Shown here piece after piece: positions 50,869-59,879 of a stretch of 64,000 nucleotides of DNA (position 1 is the stretch's first letter; each line of letters starts with the position of its first letter). Under the pieces are notes generated by a model. It was not told where the DNA came from, searched no databases, and worked only from the letters and a program-made list of their open reading frames with translations. The DNA is from an uncultured Candidatus Rokubacteria bacterium (GTDB taxonomy: Bacteria; Methylomirabilota; Methylomirabilia; Rokubacteriales; DASRDR01): assembly GCA_963826115.1 (NCBI GenBank), contig CAWGVS010000006.1, positions 544,001 to 608,000 of the forward strand. Direction: 5' to 3'. A program made the translations under genes and the position numbers.

Positions 50869-51690
50869 ATGAAGTGGATCACTCGTGAACGTGCGCGGGT
50901 CGACCGGATCGCCTGCCCCTGGCTGATCACGCGGTTCATCGATCCGAAGCCGGAGTTTCTCTTCGTCCCGGCCAATCAGGTGCTCGAGGCGGCGACGCGC
51001 GAGGGCGCGACCGCCTACGACATCCCCAGGGTCGAGCTGGGGCACCACGGGCCGGAATGCTCCTTCGACGCGTTCGTCGCGCGGTACGAGCTGGCGGATC
51101 CGGCCCTCGCCGGGCTGGCGCGCATCGTGCGGGGGGCCGATACCGACGACCGGGCGCTGACGCCGGAATCGGCGGGGCTCTACGCCGCGGCCACCGGATT
51201 CCAGGCGACGAGCCGGGACGACTTCGACAACATGGCGCGCCAGTTCCCGCTGTACGATGCCCTCTACGCGTACTGCCGGGCGCAGAGCCCGACACCGGCG
51301 ATGCCCCGGGTGCTGTTCGTCTGTCTCCACGGGGCGGCCAAGAGCGTCATCGGGGCGTCGCACTTCCGCCGGCTGGCCGCTGCCCGGGGCCTCGCGATGG
51401 ACGCGGTGGCCGCTGGCACGGAGCCCGACCCGGAGCTCGCGCCCGGGGCGGTGAAGGGGCTCGCCGGCGAGGGATTCTCGGCCACACCGAGCCGACCGCG
51501 GCCGGTCACGCTCTACGACCTGGCCAGCGCGTCGCGCATCGTCAGCTTCGGCTGCGACGTCGCCCCGGCGAAGGGCCAGCGGGTCGACCGCTGGGACGTG
51601 CCCGCGGTGAGCGACGGCTACGCCGCCGCGCGCGACCGCATCGTGGCGAACGTGGAGCGGCTGGTCTCGGAGCTCGCGGCCGGACGCTGA
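50869..51690 (+). CDS. ChrF/ChrB-C domain fused to ArsC/LMW-phosphatase-like domain
   Basis: MKWITRERARVDRIACPWLITRFID...HHGPECSFD; C-terminal VLFVCLHGAAKS, AAGTEPD, SFGC, WDVP. Confidence 0.85.
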   Translation: MKWITRERARVDRIACPWLITRFIDPKPEFLFVPANQVLEAATREGATAYDIPRVELGHHGPECSFDAFVARYELADPALAGLARIVRGADTDDRALTPESAGLYAAATGFQATSRDDFDNMARQFPLYDALYAYCRAQSPTPAMPRVLFVCLHGAAKSVIGASHFRRLAAARGLAMDAVAAGTEPDPELAPGAVKGLAGEGFSATPSRPRPVTLYDLASASRIVSFGCDVAPAKGQRVDRWDVPAVSDGYAAARDRIVANVERLVSELAAGR

Positions 51691-51728
51691 CGCGCCGGCC
51701 CCCGACGAGCCCACGGCCCGAGCGCGCC

Positions 51729-52946
51729 TTAGCGCCGGGGCTCGATCGCCTGGAGGGCCTCGGCGGCGGCCTCCCGGACGCGCTCGTCAGGGTCGCGGAG
51801 GCCGGGCCGGAGCGCCGGCACGGCGTCGCGCGCCACCGGGCCCATCAGGCCGAGCGCGCGCGCGGCATTGATGCGGACCTGGCGGTCCGGATCCTGGCCG
51901 AAGGCCGCCGAGAGCGCCGGTACCGCCTCGCGCGCGGGCGGCGAGTGGAACCCCATCAGTCCGAACGCGGCCTCGGCCCGGACCTCGGCGTTGGGGTCGC
52001 GGAGCGTCTCCACCAGCGCGGCGATGGCCCCGCGCGGCGGCGCCTCCATGGACCGGAACGACGAGGCGGCCACCTTGCGCACGCCGGGCTCCGGGTCCTT
52101 GAGCGCGACCAGGAGGGCGGGCGTGACGCCCGGCCCGCCGTTCGGCTGCTGCCCGAGCCGCGTGAGCGTGTAGACGGCGTTCGTTCGCACGTCCGGCTCG
52201 GGGTCCCGGAGCATGGCGGCGAGCGGAGCGATCGCCTCGCGCGGCGGGGGCGCGAGAAAGCCGAGCGCCTGCGCCGCGAACGCTCGCTGCGCCGGATTGT
52301 TCGCGGGCTTGAGACCGTCCACCAGCAGGGGCATGAGGCGGCGGTCGTTGCTCTGCTGCTCGATGACCTTCCGCAGGGTCGATTGCGGGCGGTCGGAGAG
52401 CGAGTTCCCGAACGGCGTCCCGACCTCGGCGAAGAGCGTCGGGAAGATCTCGACGGCCGGCGCGGTGCCCGCGAGCCCCACCGCCGCGTTGTGGCGCGTC
52501 AGGGGATCGGGATCGCCGAGACTCGCGCGGAACGCCGGCGTCCACGCCCGCGGGTCCGCCTTGAGCTTCTTGAGGGTCCAGCCCATGTCCACGCGCGCCG
52601 GGCCGTCCGGCTCGGCGGCGACGGCCGTGGTCAGGACGGGCACGATCTGCGCCGCGGCGCCGTCGTAGCGCATGAGCGCGTCCGCCGCCCGGCGCCGCAC
52701 CCGCGGGTCGGGGTCCCGGACCGCGCGGAGCAGCGGGTCCACGGCCTCGGGCAAGGGCGCGAGGTCGCCGAGGGTCTTCGCGGCCTGCGCGCGGACCTGG
52801 GGGTCCTTGCTCTCGCGGATGTCGGTGAGCGCGCGGTCGGCCCGCTCCCGAGGCGTCTCTGGCTGGCCCCCGTCGAGGGCCGCGCAGCCCGCCGCCAGGA
52901 CGGCGCCGAGCAGGGCGAGGACGGCGAGCGTCGCGCGCATCCTCAT
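51729..52946 (-). CDS. HEAT-repeat lipoprotein
   Basis: Lipobox LAAGC; repeated L(R/K)DP(D/E)PxVRxxAAxAL units. Confidence 0.85.
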   Translation of the reverse strand: MRMRATLAVLALLGAVLAAGCAALDGGQPETPRERADRALTDIRESKDPQVRAQAAKTLGDLAPLPEAVDPLLRAVRDPDPRVRRRAADALMRYDGAAAQIVPVLTTAVAAEPDGPARVDMGWTLKKLKADPRAWTPAFRASLGDPDPLTRHNAAVGLAGTAPAVEIFPTLFAEVGTPFGNSLSDRPQSTLRKVIEQQSNDRRLMPLLVDGLKPANNPAQRAFAAQALGFLAPPPREAIAPLAAMLRDPEPDVRTNAVYTLTRLGQQPNGGPGVTPALLVALKDPEPGVRKVAASSFRSMEAPPRGAIAALVETLRDPNAEVRAEAAFGLMGFHSPPAREAVPALSAAFGQDPDRQVRINAARALGLMGPVARDAVPALRPGLRDPDERVREAAAEALQAIEPRR

Positions 52947-53866
52947 GGCTTCGGCGCCGGCGCGCCGCCCCGGGCCGGCGCCGCGCGCAGGATGTCCTCC
53001 GCCCGGGCGCGGTAGCTCTTGTGCGCGGTGTCGACCGGCGTGTCGCCGAGCCGGTTCCGCGCCTTCGTGTCGGCGCCGTACTTGAGGAGCACCTCCAGCA
53101 TCTCCACCGCGTCCTGGCGGGCCGCGACGTGGAGGGGCGTGTCGCCGTCCGAGTCCTTCGGGCTGGCCGACGCGCCCCCGCGCAGGAGGGCCTCCACGAT
53201 CGGCCGGTTGTTGGCCGCCACCGCCTCGTGGAGGGGCGTCCGCCCGTTCTTGGCGGCGACGTCGGGCTTCGCGCCGGCCGAGAGGAGCACCTCGACGTTC
53301 GCGAGACCCTGGGCGCGGCCGGCCGCGAGGAAGAGCGCGGTCTCGCCCGCGGCGTCCACGGCGTCGGGGCGCGCGCCCGCCTTGAGGAGCACCGTCGCGA
53401 TGGAAGGCCGCGGCTCGCCGGCGCGCCCGGTCGTCTCGTGGAGGGCGGTCCGCCCGTCGCGACAGACGAGCGTCGCGTCCGCGCGCGCCCCGAGGATGTC
53501 GGCGACGTTCGAGGGATAGCCCTCGTTGGCGGCCACGCAGAGCGCGGTGTCGCCGTTCTTCGCCTGGGCGTTCACGGGCGCGCCGGCCTTGAGCAGGAGG
53601 CCGAGGGTCTTCCCGTCGCGCTGGCGCGCGGCGTGGTGGAGCGCCGTCCAGCCCGCGCGCCAGCCGCTCGGCTCGGCCGCGTCGGGGCGGACGCCCGCCT
53701 CGAGCAGGAGCCCCACGATCTCCACGTCGTCGCGGGAGGCCCGCAGGAGGAGCTCCTGCGGGGTGAGCGCGATCAGGCGGGACTCGAGCGTCTTGCGGGC
53801 GCGCGCGGCGTCCGCCGCCGCCGTGACGGCCACCAGCGCCGTCAGGGCGACGAGCGCCGCCCGCAT
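52943..53866 (-). CDS. Secreted ankyrin-repeat protein
   Basis: Signal peptide; repeated G(W/D/R/E)T(A/P)LHxAA...LLxxGA units. Confidence 0.88.
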   Translation of the reverse strand: MRAALVALTALVAVTAAADAARARKTLESRLIALTPQELLLRASRDDVEIVGLLLEAGVRPDAAEPSGWRAGWTALHHAARQRDGKTLGLLLKAGAPVNAQAKNGDTALCVAANEGYPSNVADILGARADATLVCRDGRTALHETTGRAGEPRPSIATVLLKAGARPDAVDAAGETALFLAAGRAQGLANVEVLLSAGAKPDVAAKNGRTPLHEAVAANNRPIVEALLRGGASASPKDSDGDTPLHVAARQDAVEMLEVLLKYGADTKARNRLGDTPVDTAHKSYRARAEDILRAAPARGGAPAPKP

Positions 53867-53927
53867 CGCGCGGGCCGAGCGGAACCCCGGGCCGGATTCC
53901 ACGATTCGCCGGGCGGGACGGACCGCG

Positions 53928-54389
53928 CTAGAGGCCCGCGCGCTGGCGCCAGGCGAGGATCTGGCCGGCGTGCTCGCGGTAGTGGTGGGGGCCGTTCAGG
54001 TCCACCACGCGCGTTGCGGTCTTGTCGGGCCCGAAGCGCGACTCGGGGACCGCGGCGGCCGCGGCGAGGAAGTCACGGTGGGACGCGTCGAGCGCCGCGC
54101 GGAGGCCCGCGACGGTCAGGCCGCGCCGCGCGCCGACCAGACGCGCGTTCCAGCCGTCGAGATCCGCGTAGCTCACGCCGTCGGCGAGCGGCTTCTCCCC
54201 GCGCGCGATGCGCTCGAGCACCGGGATCATCTCGCGATGCCAGCCGGTGATGTGCGCGAGGATCTCGCGGATGCCCCAGGTCCCGAACCAGGGCCGTCGC
54301 ATGGCCTCGTCGTCGAGCCCCACCAGGGCGCGCTTCAAGGCCCCGAGATCGTCGTCGGCCCGTCGGAGGAGGTCGGCCTTCAGGCTCAT
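53928..54389 (-). CDS. DinB-like (ClbS/DfsB-type) four-helix-bundle protein
   Basis: WGIREILAHITGW, DGWNA, HHYREHA. Confidence 0.78.
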   Translation of the reverse strand: MSLKADLLRRADDDLGALKRALVGLDDEAMRRPWFGTWGIREILAHITGWHREMIPVLERIARGEKPLADGVSYADLDGWNARLVGARRGLTVAGLRAALDASHRDFLAAAAAVPESRFGPDKTATRVVDLNGPHHYREHAGQILAWRQRAGL

Positions 54390-54462
54390 CGCGCCCGAGG
54401 GTAGCACGATCCGGACGGCCGGCGCGGCGATGCTGGGTGGCGCGCGTGGTAGGCTCGGGGAC

Positions 54463-54885
54463 GTGGTCGAGCACACCACGACCGTCCAGGTGCGCTGGGG
54501 CGACGCGGATCCCGCGGGGATCGCGTTCTACCCGCGCTTCTTCGAGTGGTACGACATCGGCACCGAGGCCCTCTTCGCCTCGCTGGGCCTCGCGTGGCCC
54601 GAGGCGTTCCCGCGCTACGGGATCGTCGGCGTGCCCATCCTGGAGGCGGGGTCGCGCTTCGTCTCGCCGGTCCGCTACGGCGACGCCGTCGCGGTCCGGA
54701 CGCGCGTCGCGTGGGTGCGCGGGAAGACGTTCCGCGTCGAGCACGAGCTCTCCGTCGGCGCCCGCCGCTGCGCCGAGGGCTTCGAGGTCCGGGCCTGGGT
54801 GGCGCGCCCGGAGTCGCCGGACGCGTCTCTCCGCGCCCTCCCCATCCCGCCCGACGTCGTCGCGAAGCTCACCGGCGGCGACTGA
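54463..54885 (+). CDS. Acyl-CoA thioesterase (4-hydroxybenzoyl-CoA thioesterase-like)
   Basis: VRWGDADPAGIAFYPRFFEWYD, SPVRYGD hot-dog fold motifs. Confidence 0.88.
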   Translation: MVEHTTTVQVRWGDADPAGIAFYPRFFEWYDIGTEALFASLGLAWPEAFPRYGIVGVPILEAGSRFVSPVRYGDAVAVRTRVAWVRGKTFRVEHELSVGARRCAEGFEVRAWVARPESPDASLRALPIPPDVVAKLTGGD

Positions 54886-55051
54886 GCCGCCGGCCCGCGG
54901 CGCGGCCGCGGCGATCAGACCCGGGGGCGTCGCGCGGTGAAGACGTGCGCGCGGCGGCGGCAGCGCACGGGGTGGTCGCCGAGCTCGGCGGCGACGTTGC
55001 GGGCGATGGTTCCGACGAACGCCGCGTGCTGCTCCGCCGTGGCGCCTCCCG

Positions 55052-55882
55052 CTACTGCTTCACCGCGCCGAAGGTGAGCCCGGTGACGATGTGGCGCTGG
55101 ACGATCAGCGCCAGCACGAGGACCGGGAGCGTGATCATCGTCGCCGCGGCGGCCAGCGTGCCCCAGTTGATCTCCTCGTAGGAGATCATGTTGAAGACGG
55201 CGATCGGAAGGGTGCGGGTCTCACGGCCGGCCAGGATCACCGAGAAGAGGAAGTTGTTCCACGAGAACACGAACGACAGGATCGCCGTCGCCATCACCCC
55301 CGGCCGCACCAGCGGCAGGGCCACGCGCCAGAACACGCCGAAGTAGGAGCAGCCGTCGATCAGCGCGGCGTCCTCCAGGTCGGGCGGCACGTCCTCGAAG
55401 AAGCCGATCATGACCCAGATGATGATCGGGAGGCCCACGATCAGGTGCGTCAGGATGAGCGCCGCGTGCGTGTCCACCAGCCTGAGCTGCCGGAAGAAGA
55501 TGTACCAGGGGATGAGATACGAGATGCCGGGGATGATCCGGGCCACCAGCACGGTAAGCGCGAGGCGCTGCTGCCGCCAGCGCGCGATGGAGTAGGCGGC
55601 GGGGAGCCCGACGGCCAGGCCGAGCGCCGTGCAGCCGGCGGCCACCACGAGGCTGTTCCAGGTGTAGAGGAGGAACGGATACTTCGTGAAGACCTCCCGG
55701 TAGCCCTTCAGGGTCAGGCTGAACCAGAAGAAGGACGGCGGATAGGCCGTCGCCTCCACCTGGGGCTTCAGCGACAGCGTGAACATCCAGTAAAAGACGA
55801 ACACCGTCGGGAACATGAAGAGCGCGGCCAGCGCGTAGAACCCGGCCGTGCGGAGCGCGCTGCGCCGGCCCCGGCTCACCAT
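55052..55882 (-). CDS. Carbohydrate ABC transporter permease (MalG-like)
   Basis: NSL, PAAY, LEDAALIDG, FSWNNF, GLTFGAVK. Confidence 0.92.
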   Translation of the reverse strand: MVSRGRRSALRTAGFYALAALFMFPTVFVFYWMFTLSLKPQVEATAYPPSFFWFSLTLKGYREVFTKYPFLLYTWNSLVVAAGCTALGLAVGLPAAYSIARWRQQRLALTVLVARIIPGISYLIPWYIFFRQLRLVDTHAALILTHLIVGLPIIIWVMIGFFEDVPPDLEDAALIDGCSYFGVFWRVALPLVRPGVMATAILSFVFSWNNFLFSVILAGRETRTLPIAVFNMISYEEINWGTLAAAATMITLPVLVLALIVQRHIVTGLTFGAVKQ

Positions 55883-56817
55883 GCGGCGGTCCGCCGGAGC
55901 TTGATCAGGATCAGCGAGGTGCCCATCACGATGGCGAACAGGGCCACCGCCATGGACGACGCGTAGCCCATGTTGAAGTACGAGAAGGCCTGGTTGAAGA
56001 GCAGGATGTTGATCGTCTCCGTCGAGTTCGCGGGCCCGCCCTGCGTCATGATGAAGATGATGTCGAACGTCTTGATGGCGTCGATGGCGCGGAACAGGAT
56101 CGCGACCACCAGGGCCGGCCGGAGGAGGGGCAGCGTGATGTGCCAGAACGACTGGAGCGCGGAGGCCCCGTCGATCCGCGCGGCCTCGTAGGGTTCCTGG
56201 GGCAGGCTCGCCAGCCCGGCGAGGGCGATCAGCATGATGAGCGGCGTCCACTGCCAGATGTCCACCACGGCCAGCGCGTAGAGCGCCGTCCCGCTGGAGT
56301 AGGTCCACTTGAACGGCGCCAGGTGGAGCACCGACAGGAGGTAGTTCGCCACTCCCAGCGTCGGGTGGTACATCATCACGAACACGAGCCCGATGGCGAC
56401 CGGCGTCGCCACCATCGGCAGGATCGCGAGCGTCCGCAGGAGGCCGCGCCCCCAGAATTCACGGTTGAAGAGGAGCGCCATCGCGACGCCGAGCACCGCC
56501 TCGCCGGCGACCACCAGGGCGGTGAAGTAGAGCGTGCGGACCACCGCCATCTGGAACCGGGGATCGCCGAAGAGGATCTTCCGATAGTTCGCGAGGCCGA
56601 CGAGCTTCGGCGGCGTCAGGCTGGAGGCGAACCAGTCCTGCAGGCTCATCCACACCGTGTAGACCACGGGGTAGACGATGATCGCCGCGACCAGGAGGAC
56701 GGCCGGCGCCGGGAAGATCCAGCGGGCGTGCCGATGCAGCCAGCGCCCGAGGCGGCCCGACGCGGTCGGGGCCGGCCCGCGCGCGGCCAGATCCGTGGTC
56801 GCCGCCGGGATGCTCAC
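55876..56817 (-). CDS. Carbohydrate ABC transporter permease (MalF-like)
   Basis: VGLANY, DIWQWTP, YEAARIDGA, MTQGGP, GYASS. Confidence 0.92.
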   Translation of the reverse strand: MSIPAATTDLAARGPAPTASGRLGRWLHRHARWIFPAPAVLLVAAIIVYPVVYTVWMSLQDWFASSLTPPKLVGLANYRKILFGDPRFQMAVVRTLYFTALVVAGEAVLGVAMALLFNREFWGRGLLRTLAILPMVATPVAIGLVFVMMYHPTLGVANYLLSVLHLAPFKWTYSSGTALYALAVVDIWQWTPLIMLIALAGLASLPQEPYEAARIDGASALQSFWHITLPLLRPALVVAILFRAIDAIKTFDIIFIMTQGGPANSTETINILLFNQAFSYFNMGYASSMAVALFAIVMGTSLILIKLRRTAAW

Positions 56818-56831
56818 GGACGCCCGGACGA

Positions 56832-56869
56832 GCGTCCCCGGCCGACCTGGTCGAGGCGGCCGGGGACGC
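56832..56869. terminator. 13-bp stem-loop after sugar-binding protein gene
   Basis: GCGTCCCCGGCCG / CGGCCGGGGACGC. Confidence 0.55.
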
Positions 56870-56884
56870 CGGATCGAGCGGCGC

Positions 56885-58237
56885 TCATCCTTCGGTTTTG
56901 TTCAGCATGTCCTGGAATTCCTTCTGCGCCTCGGCGAGCACCTGGGCGGAGGGGGCGCCTTCGATGGCCTTCTGGATCGCCACGCCGATGATGTCGCGGT
57001 ACTCGGTCACCCCCACGATCTCGGGGAGCCCGAGCCGGCCGATCTTGAGCGCATCCTGGTATGCCTGGTACCAGTCCGCCGGCATCTTGGGCTTCGCCTT
57101 GACCTCGGGATCCGTCCAGGGCGAGTTGCGTGCGACGCCGACGCCGGCCAGAAGCTCGCGCGCCGCGTTCGGCTTGTTGGTGGCCCACTGGGCGAACAGG
57201 AAGGCGGCCTCCTTGTTCCGGGACTGGGTCGAGACCGCCATGCCGGTCCCGTACAGGGACGAGAACGCCCCGGCCGGCCCCGGCGGCATCGCGACGTAGC
57301 CCACCTTCCCGACGATCTTCGACTTCGTCGCGTCCTCGAACTGGTTCGCGAAGTTGATGCCGTCGAAGTACGTGGCGACCTGGCCCTGCATGAACGACGC
57401 GGAGCACTCGTACCAGTTGAAGTTGATCACGCCGGGTGGGCCGTACTTCCGGAGCACACCCGCGTACCAGTCGAGCGCCGCGACGTTCTCCTTGCTGTCG
57501 AGCGCGGCCTTGCCGTCCTTCGTGAGGAAGTCCGCGCCGAACGAGAACTGCGTGTTGCTGAACATGGTGGCGTTCGCGTTCTTGAGCCCGCGGAAGACGG
57601 CGCCGTACATGCCGGGCGGGGTGTGGAACTGCTTGGCCTGCGCTTCCCACTCGGCATGGCTCTTCGGCGGCTTCAGGCCCTTCTGGGCGTACAGGTCCTT
57701 CCGGTAGAAGAGAATGACCGCGTCGACGAAGGCCGGGAGGGCGGAGATGCTGCCGTCCTTCTGCGTGATGATCGACTTGGCGCCGCCGGCGATGTCGTCG
57801 AAGTCCCAGTCGGCCGGCGTCAGCGTCCGGTCCTGGAGGAACCGGTTCAGGGGCTCGTACCAGCCGGCCTTCCAGAAGCGCTTCTTCTCCACGTGGAGCG
57901 AGGTGAAGAATCCGTCGACACCGCCGGAGGCCGAGGTCATCTCGACGACGAGCTTCTGGCGAGCCTGGATCTCGGGCAGGGTCTCCCACTTGATCTTCAT
58001 CCCCGAGAGCGACTCGAACTCCGGGATGTTCTTCTCCAGCACCTCGACCCAGGGGTGCTTGGAGAGGATGAGGAACAGCTCCTTGCCCTGGAAGCGTTTC
58101 CAGTTGAAGCCCTGGGCGCGGGCCGGCGTGAAGACGAACGGCCCGGCGGCGGCCGAGGCCAGCGCCGTCGCGCCGAGGCGGAGCGCCGTGCGTCGAGAGA
58201 GTGTCCCCGGGTTCGCTGTCGTCTCTTCGTGGGCCAT
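56885..58237 (-). CDS. Sugar ABC substrate-binding protein, Tat-exported (paralog 1)
   Basis: LSRRTAL twin-arginine signal, FYRKDL, FMQGQV, SKIVGKVGY. Confidence 0.92.
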   Translation of the reverse strand: MAHEETTANPGTLSRRTALRLGATALASAAAGPFVFTPARAQGFNWKRFQGKELFLILSKHPWVEVLEKNIPEFESLSGMKIKWETLPEIQARQKLVVEMTSASGGVDGFFTSLHVEKKRFWKAGWYEPLNRFLQDRTLTPADWDFDDIAGGAKSIITQKDGSISALPAFVDAVILFYRKDLYAQKGLKPPKSHAEWEAQAKQFHTPPGMYGAVFRGLKNANATMFSNTQFSFGADFLTKDGKAALDSKENVAALDWYAGVLRKYGPPGVINFNWYECSASFMQGQVATYFDGINFANQFEDATKSKIVGKVGYVAMPPGPAGAFSSLYGTGMAVSTQSRNKEAAFLFAQWATNKPNAARELLAGVGVARNSPWTDPEVKAKPKMPADWYQAYQDALKIGRLGLPEIVGVTEYRDIIGVAIQKAIEGAPSAQVLAEAQKEFQDMLNKTEG

Positions 58238-58289
58238 GGGGTCCTCCTTTGGCTCGAGGAGTCTGGGCGGTTGGGGGTGGACGGAGCCC

Positions 58290-59078
58290 TCAGCGGGCGG
58301 CCGCGGGCCCTCCGAGGTCGCGCGCCACCGCGAGGTCGGCGCTCACGTCGCGCTGGATCGTCGGGCTCAGCACGATCTCCTCCACCACCGTGCGCGGCGG
58401 GAGCGTGACGCAGAGCAGGATGGCGGCGGCCACGTCCTCGGGTTGCATCATCGAGGCGCGGGCGCGCGCGTCGGGAACGAGCGGCCGGTTCTCGAGGATC
58501 GGCGTGTCCACCTCGGCGGGCAGGATCGTGGTCGCCCGGATGCCCTTCTCGCGCAGCACCGTGTGGACGTGCCCCATCAGGTTCCTGACGGCGGCCTTCG
58601 CCGCCCCGTACGGCGCGCCGCCGAGGAGCCCGGGCCGGAACGCGGCGGCCGAGGAGACGGTCACGATTGTGCCGCCGCCCCGCGCGATCATGTCCGGCAA
58701 GACGGCCTGGGTGAGGGCGTAGACGCCGGTCATGTTGACCGCGAACACGCGCTCCCACTCCTCGAGGTCGACCCAGCGGACGTTCCGGACCCGGCTCGAC
58801 GAGCCCGCGTTGTTGACCAGCACGTCCACGCGCCCGTGATGCCCGACGGTCCAGCGGGCGAGGGCGACGGCCTGCTCCGGGCTGCCGACGTCGACCGTCC
58901 GGGCGTCGGCGCGGCCGCCGGCCCGGGTGATCTCGGCGACGAGCGCGTCCAGAGGGGCGCGCCGCCGCCCGGCGAGCACGACGGCGGCGCCCTCGGCCGC
59001 GAGCATGAGCGCGGTGGCGCGGCCGATGCCGCTGCCGGCGCCGGTCACGATGGCCACCTGCCCGTCGAGCTTGCCCAC
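58290..59078 (-). CDS. SDR-family oxidoreductase
   Basis: TGAGSGIG, NNAG, YGAAK. Confidence 0.92.
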   Translation of the reverse strand: MGKLDGQVAIVTGAGSGIGRATALMLAAEGAAVVLAGRRRAPLDALVAEITRAGGRADARTVDVGSPEQAVALARWTVGHHGRVDVLVNNAGSSSRVRNVRWVDLEEWERVFAVNMTGVYALTQAVLPDMIARGGGTIVTVSSAAAFRPGLLGGAPYGAAKAAVRNLMGHVHTVLREKGIRATTILPAEVDTPILENRPLVPDARARASMMQPEDVAAAILLCVTLPPRTVVEEIVLSPTIQRDVSADLAVARDLGGPAAAR

Positions 59079-59086
59079 GCGAGCCT

Positions 59087-59788
59087 CTAGTGGGACGAGG
59101 CGCGCCCGAGGACGCGCTCGCGCAGGCCGTCGAGGCTGAAGTCCTTGCCGACCACGTACTCGCGCAGCGCGCGCTCGTGCTCGTGGACCTTCCGGCACTG
59201 CGCGTAGACGCGGTCGGCGATCTCGATCGGCACCGTGGTCACGCCGTTCGCGTCGGCGTGGATCAGGTCGCCCGGGGCGACGCGCACCCCGTCGACGGTC
59301 ACGGGCACGCCGACGTCGACCACGTTGAACGTGCCGTGGGACGGGGCCACGCCGAGCGCGAAGACGTGGAACCGGAGGGGGCGGATGCTCTCCAGGTCAC
59401 GCACGGCGCCGTCGGTGACGAGCCCGAGCGCGCCGAGGCGGGCGCCGATCGTCGCCATGACGTCGCCGAGGTGGACGGAGTGCGCGGCGGCCGGGCTCAC
59501 GTCCTGGAAGACCAGGACCGCCGGCTTCGGCGCGGCGGCGAGGGTCTCCCAGAGCGCCATGAACGGCTCGCGGCGGCGCGGCTGGCCGGGCGTCATGCTG
59601 TCGCAGGTCGCGGTCACCGCGTACCCGGCCATCACGCCGAGCTCCGGCGTGAGGCAGCGCACGCGCGCGCCCATGAAGCCCTCGCTGTCGTCGCGGGACT
59701 TGAACGCCTCGATGGCGTTGCAGATCGTGGGGGTGTCCACCGAGGCGAGCTCGGCGAGCAGGGCGGGATCGAGGATCCGTCGGGTCAC
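59087..59788 (-). CDS. RraA-family / HMG-aldolase-like protein
   Basis: DTPTICNAIE, GYAVT, TDGAVRD, PGDLIHADANGV. Confidence 0.88.
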   Translation of the reverse strand: MTRRILDPALLAELASVDTPTICNAIEAFKSRDDSEGFMGARVRCLTPELGVMAGYAVTATCDSMTPGQPRRREPFMALWETLAAAPKPAVLVFQDVSPAAAHSVHLGDVMATIGARLGALGLVTDGAVRDLESIRPLRFHVFALGVAPSHGTFNVVDVGVPVTVDGVRVAPGDLIHADANGVTTVPIEIADRVYAQCRKVHEHERALREYVVGKDFSLDGLRERVLGRASSH

Positions 59789-59879
59789 GTGTACTCCCTC
59801 ATGGCGAGCCCGGGCAGGGCGGCGGTGGCGCCGGGCCAGACGCCCGACGCCACGCGCCCCGACCGGTGCGGATGACGTT

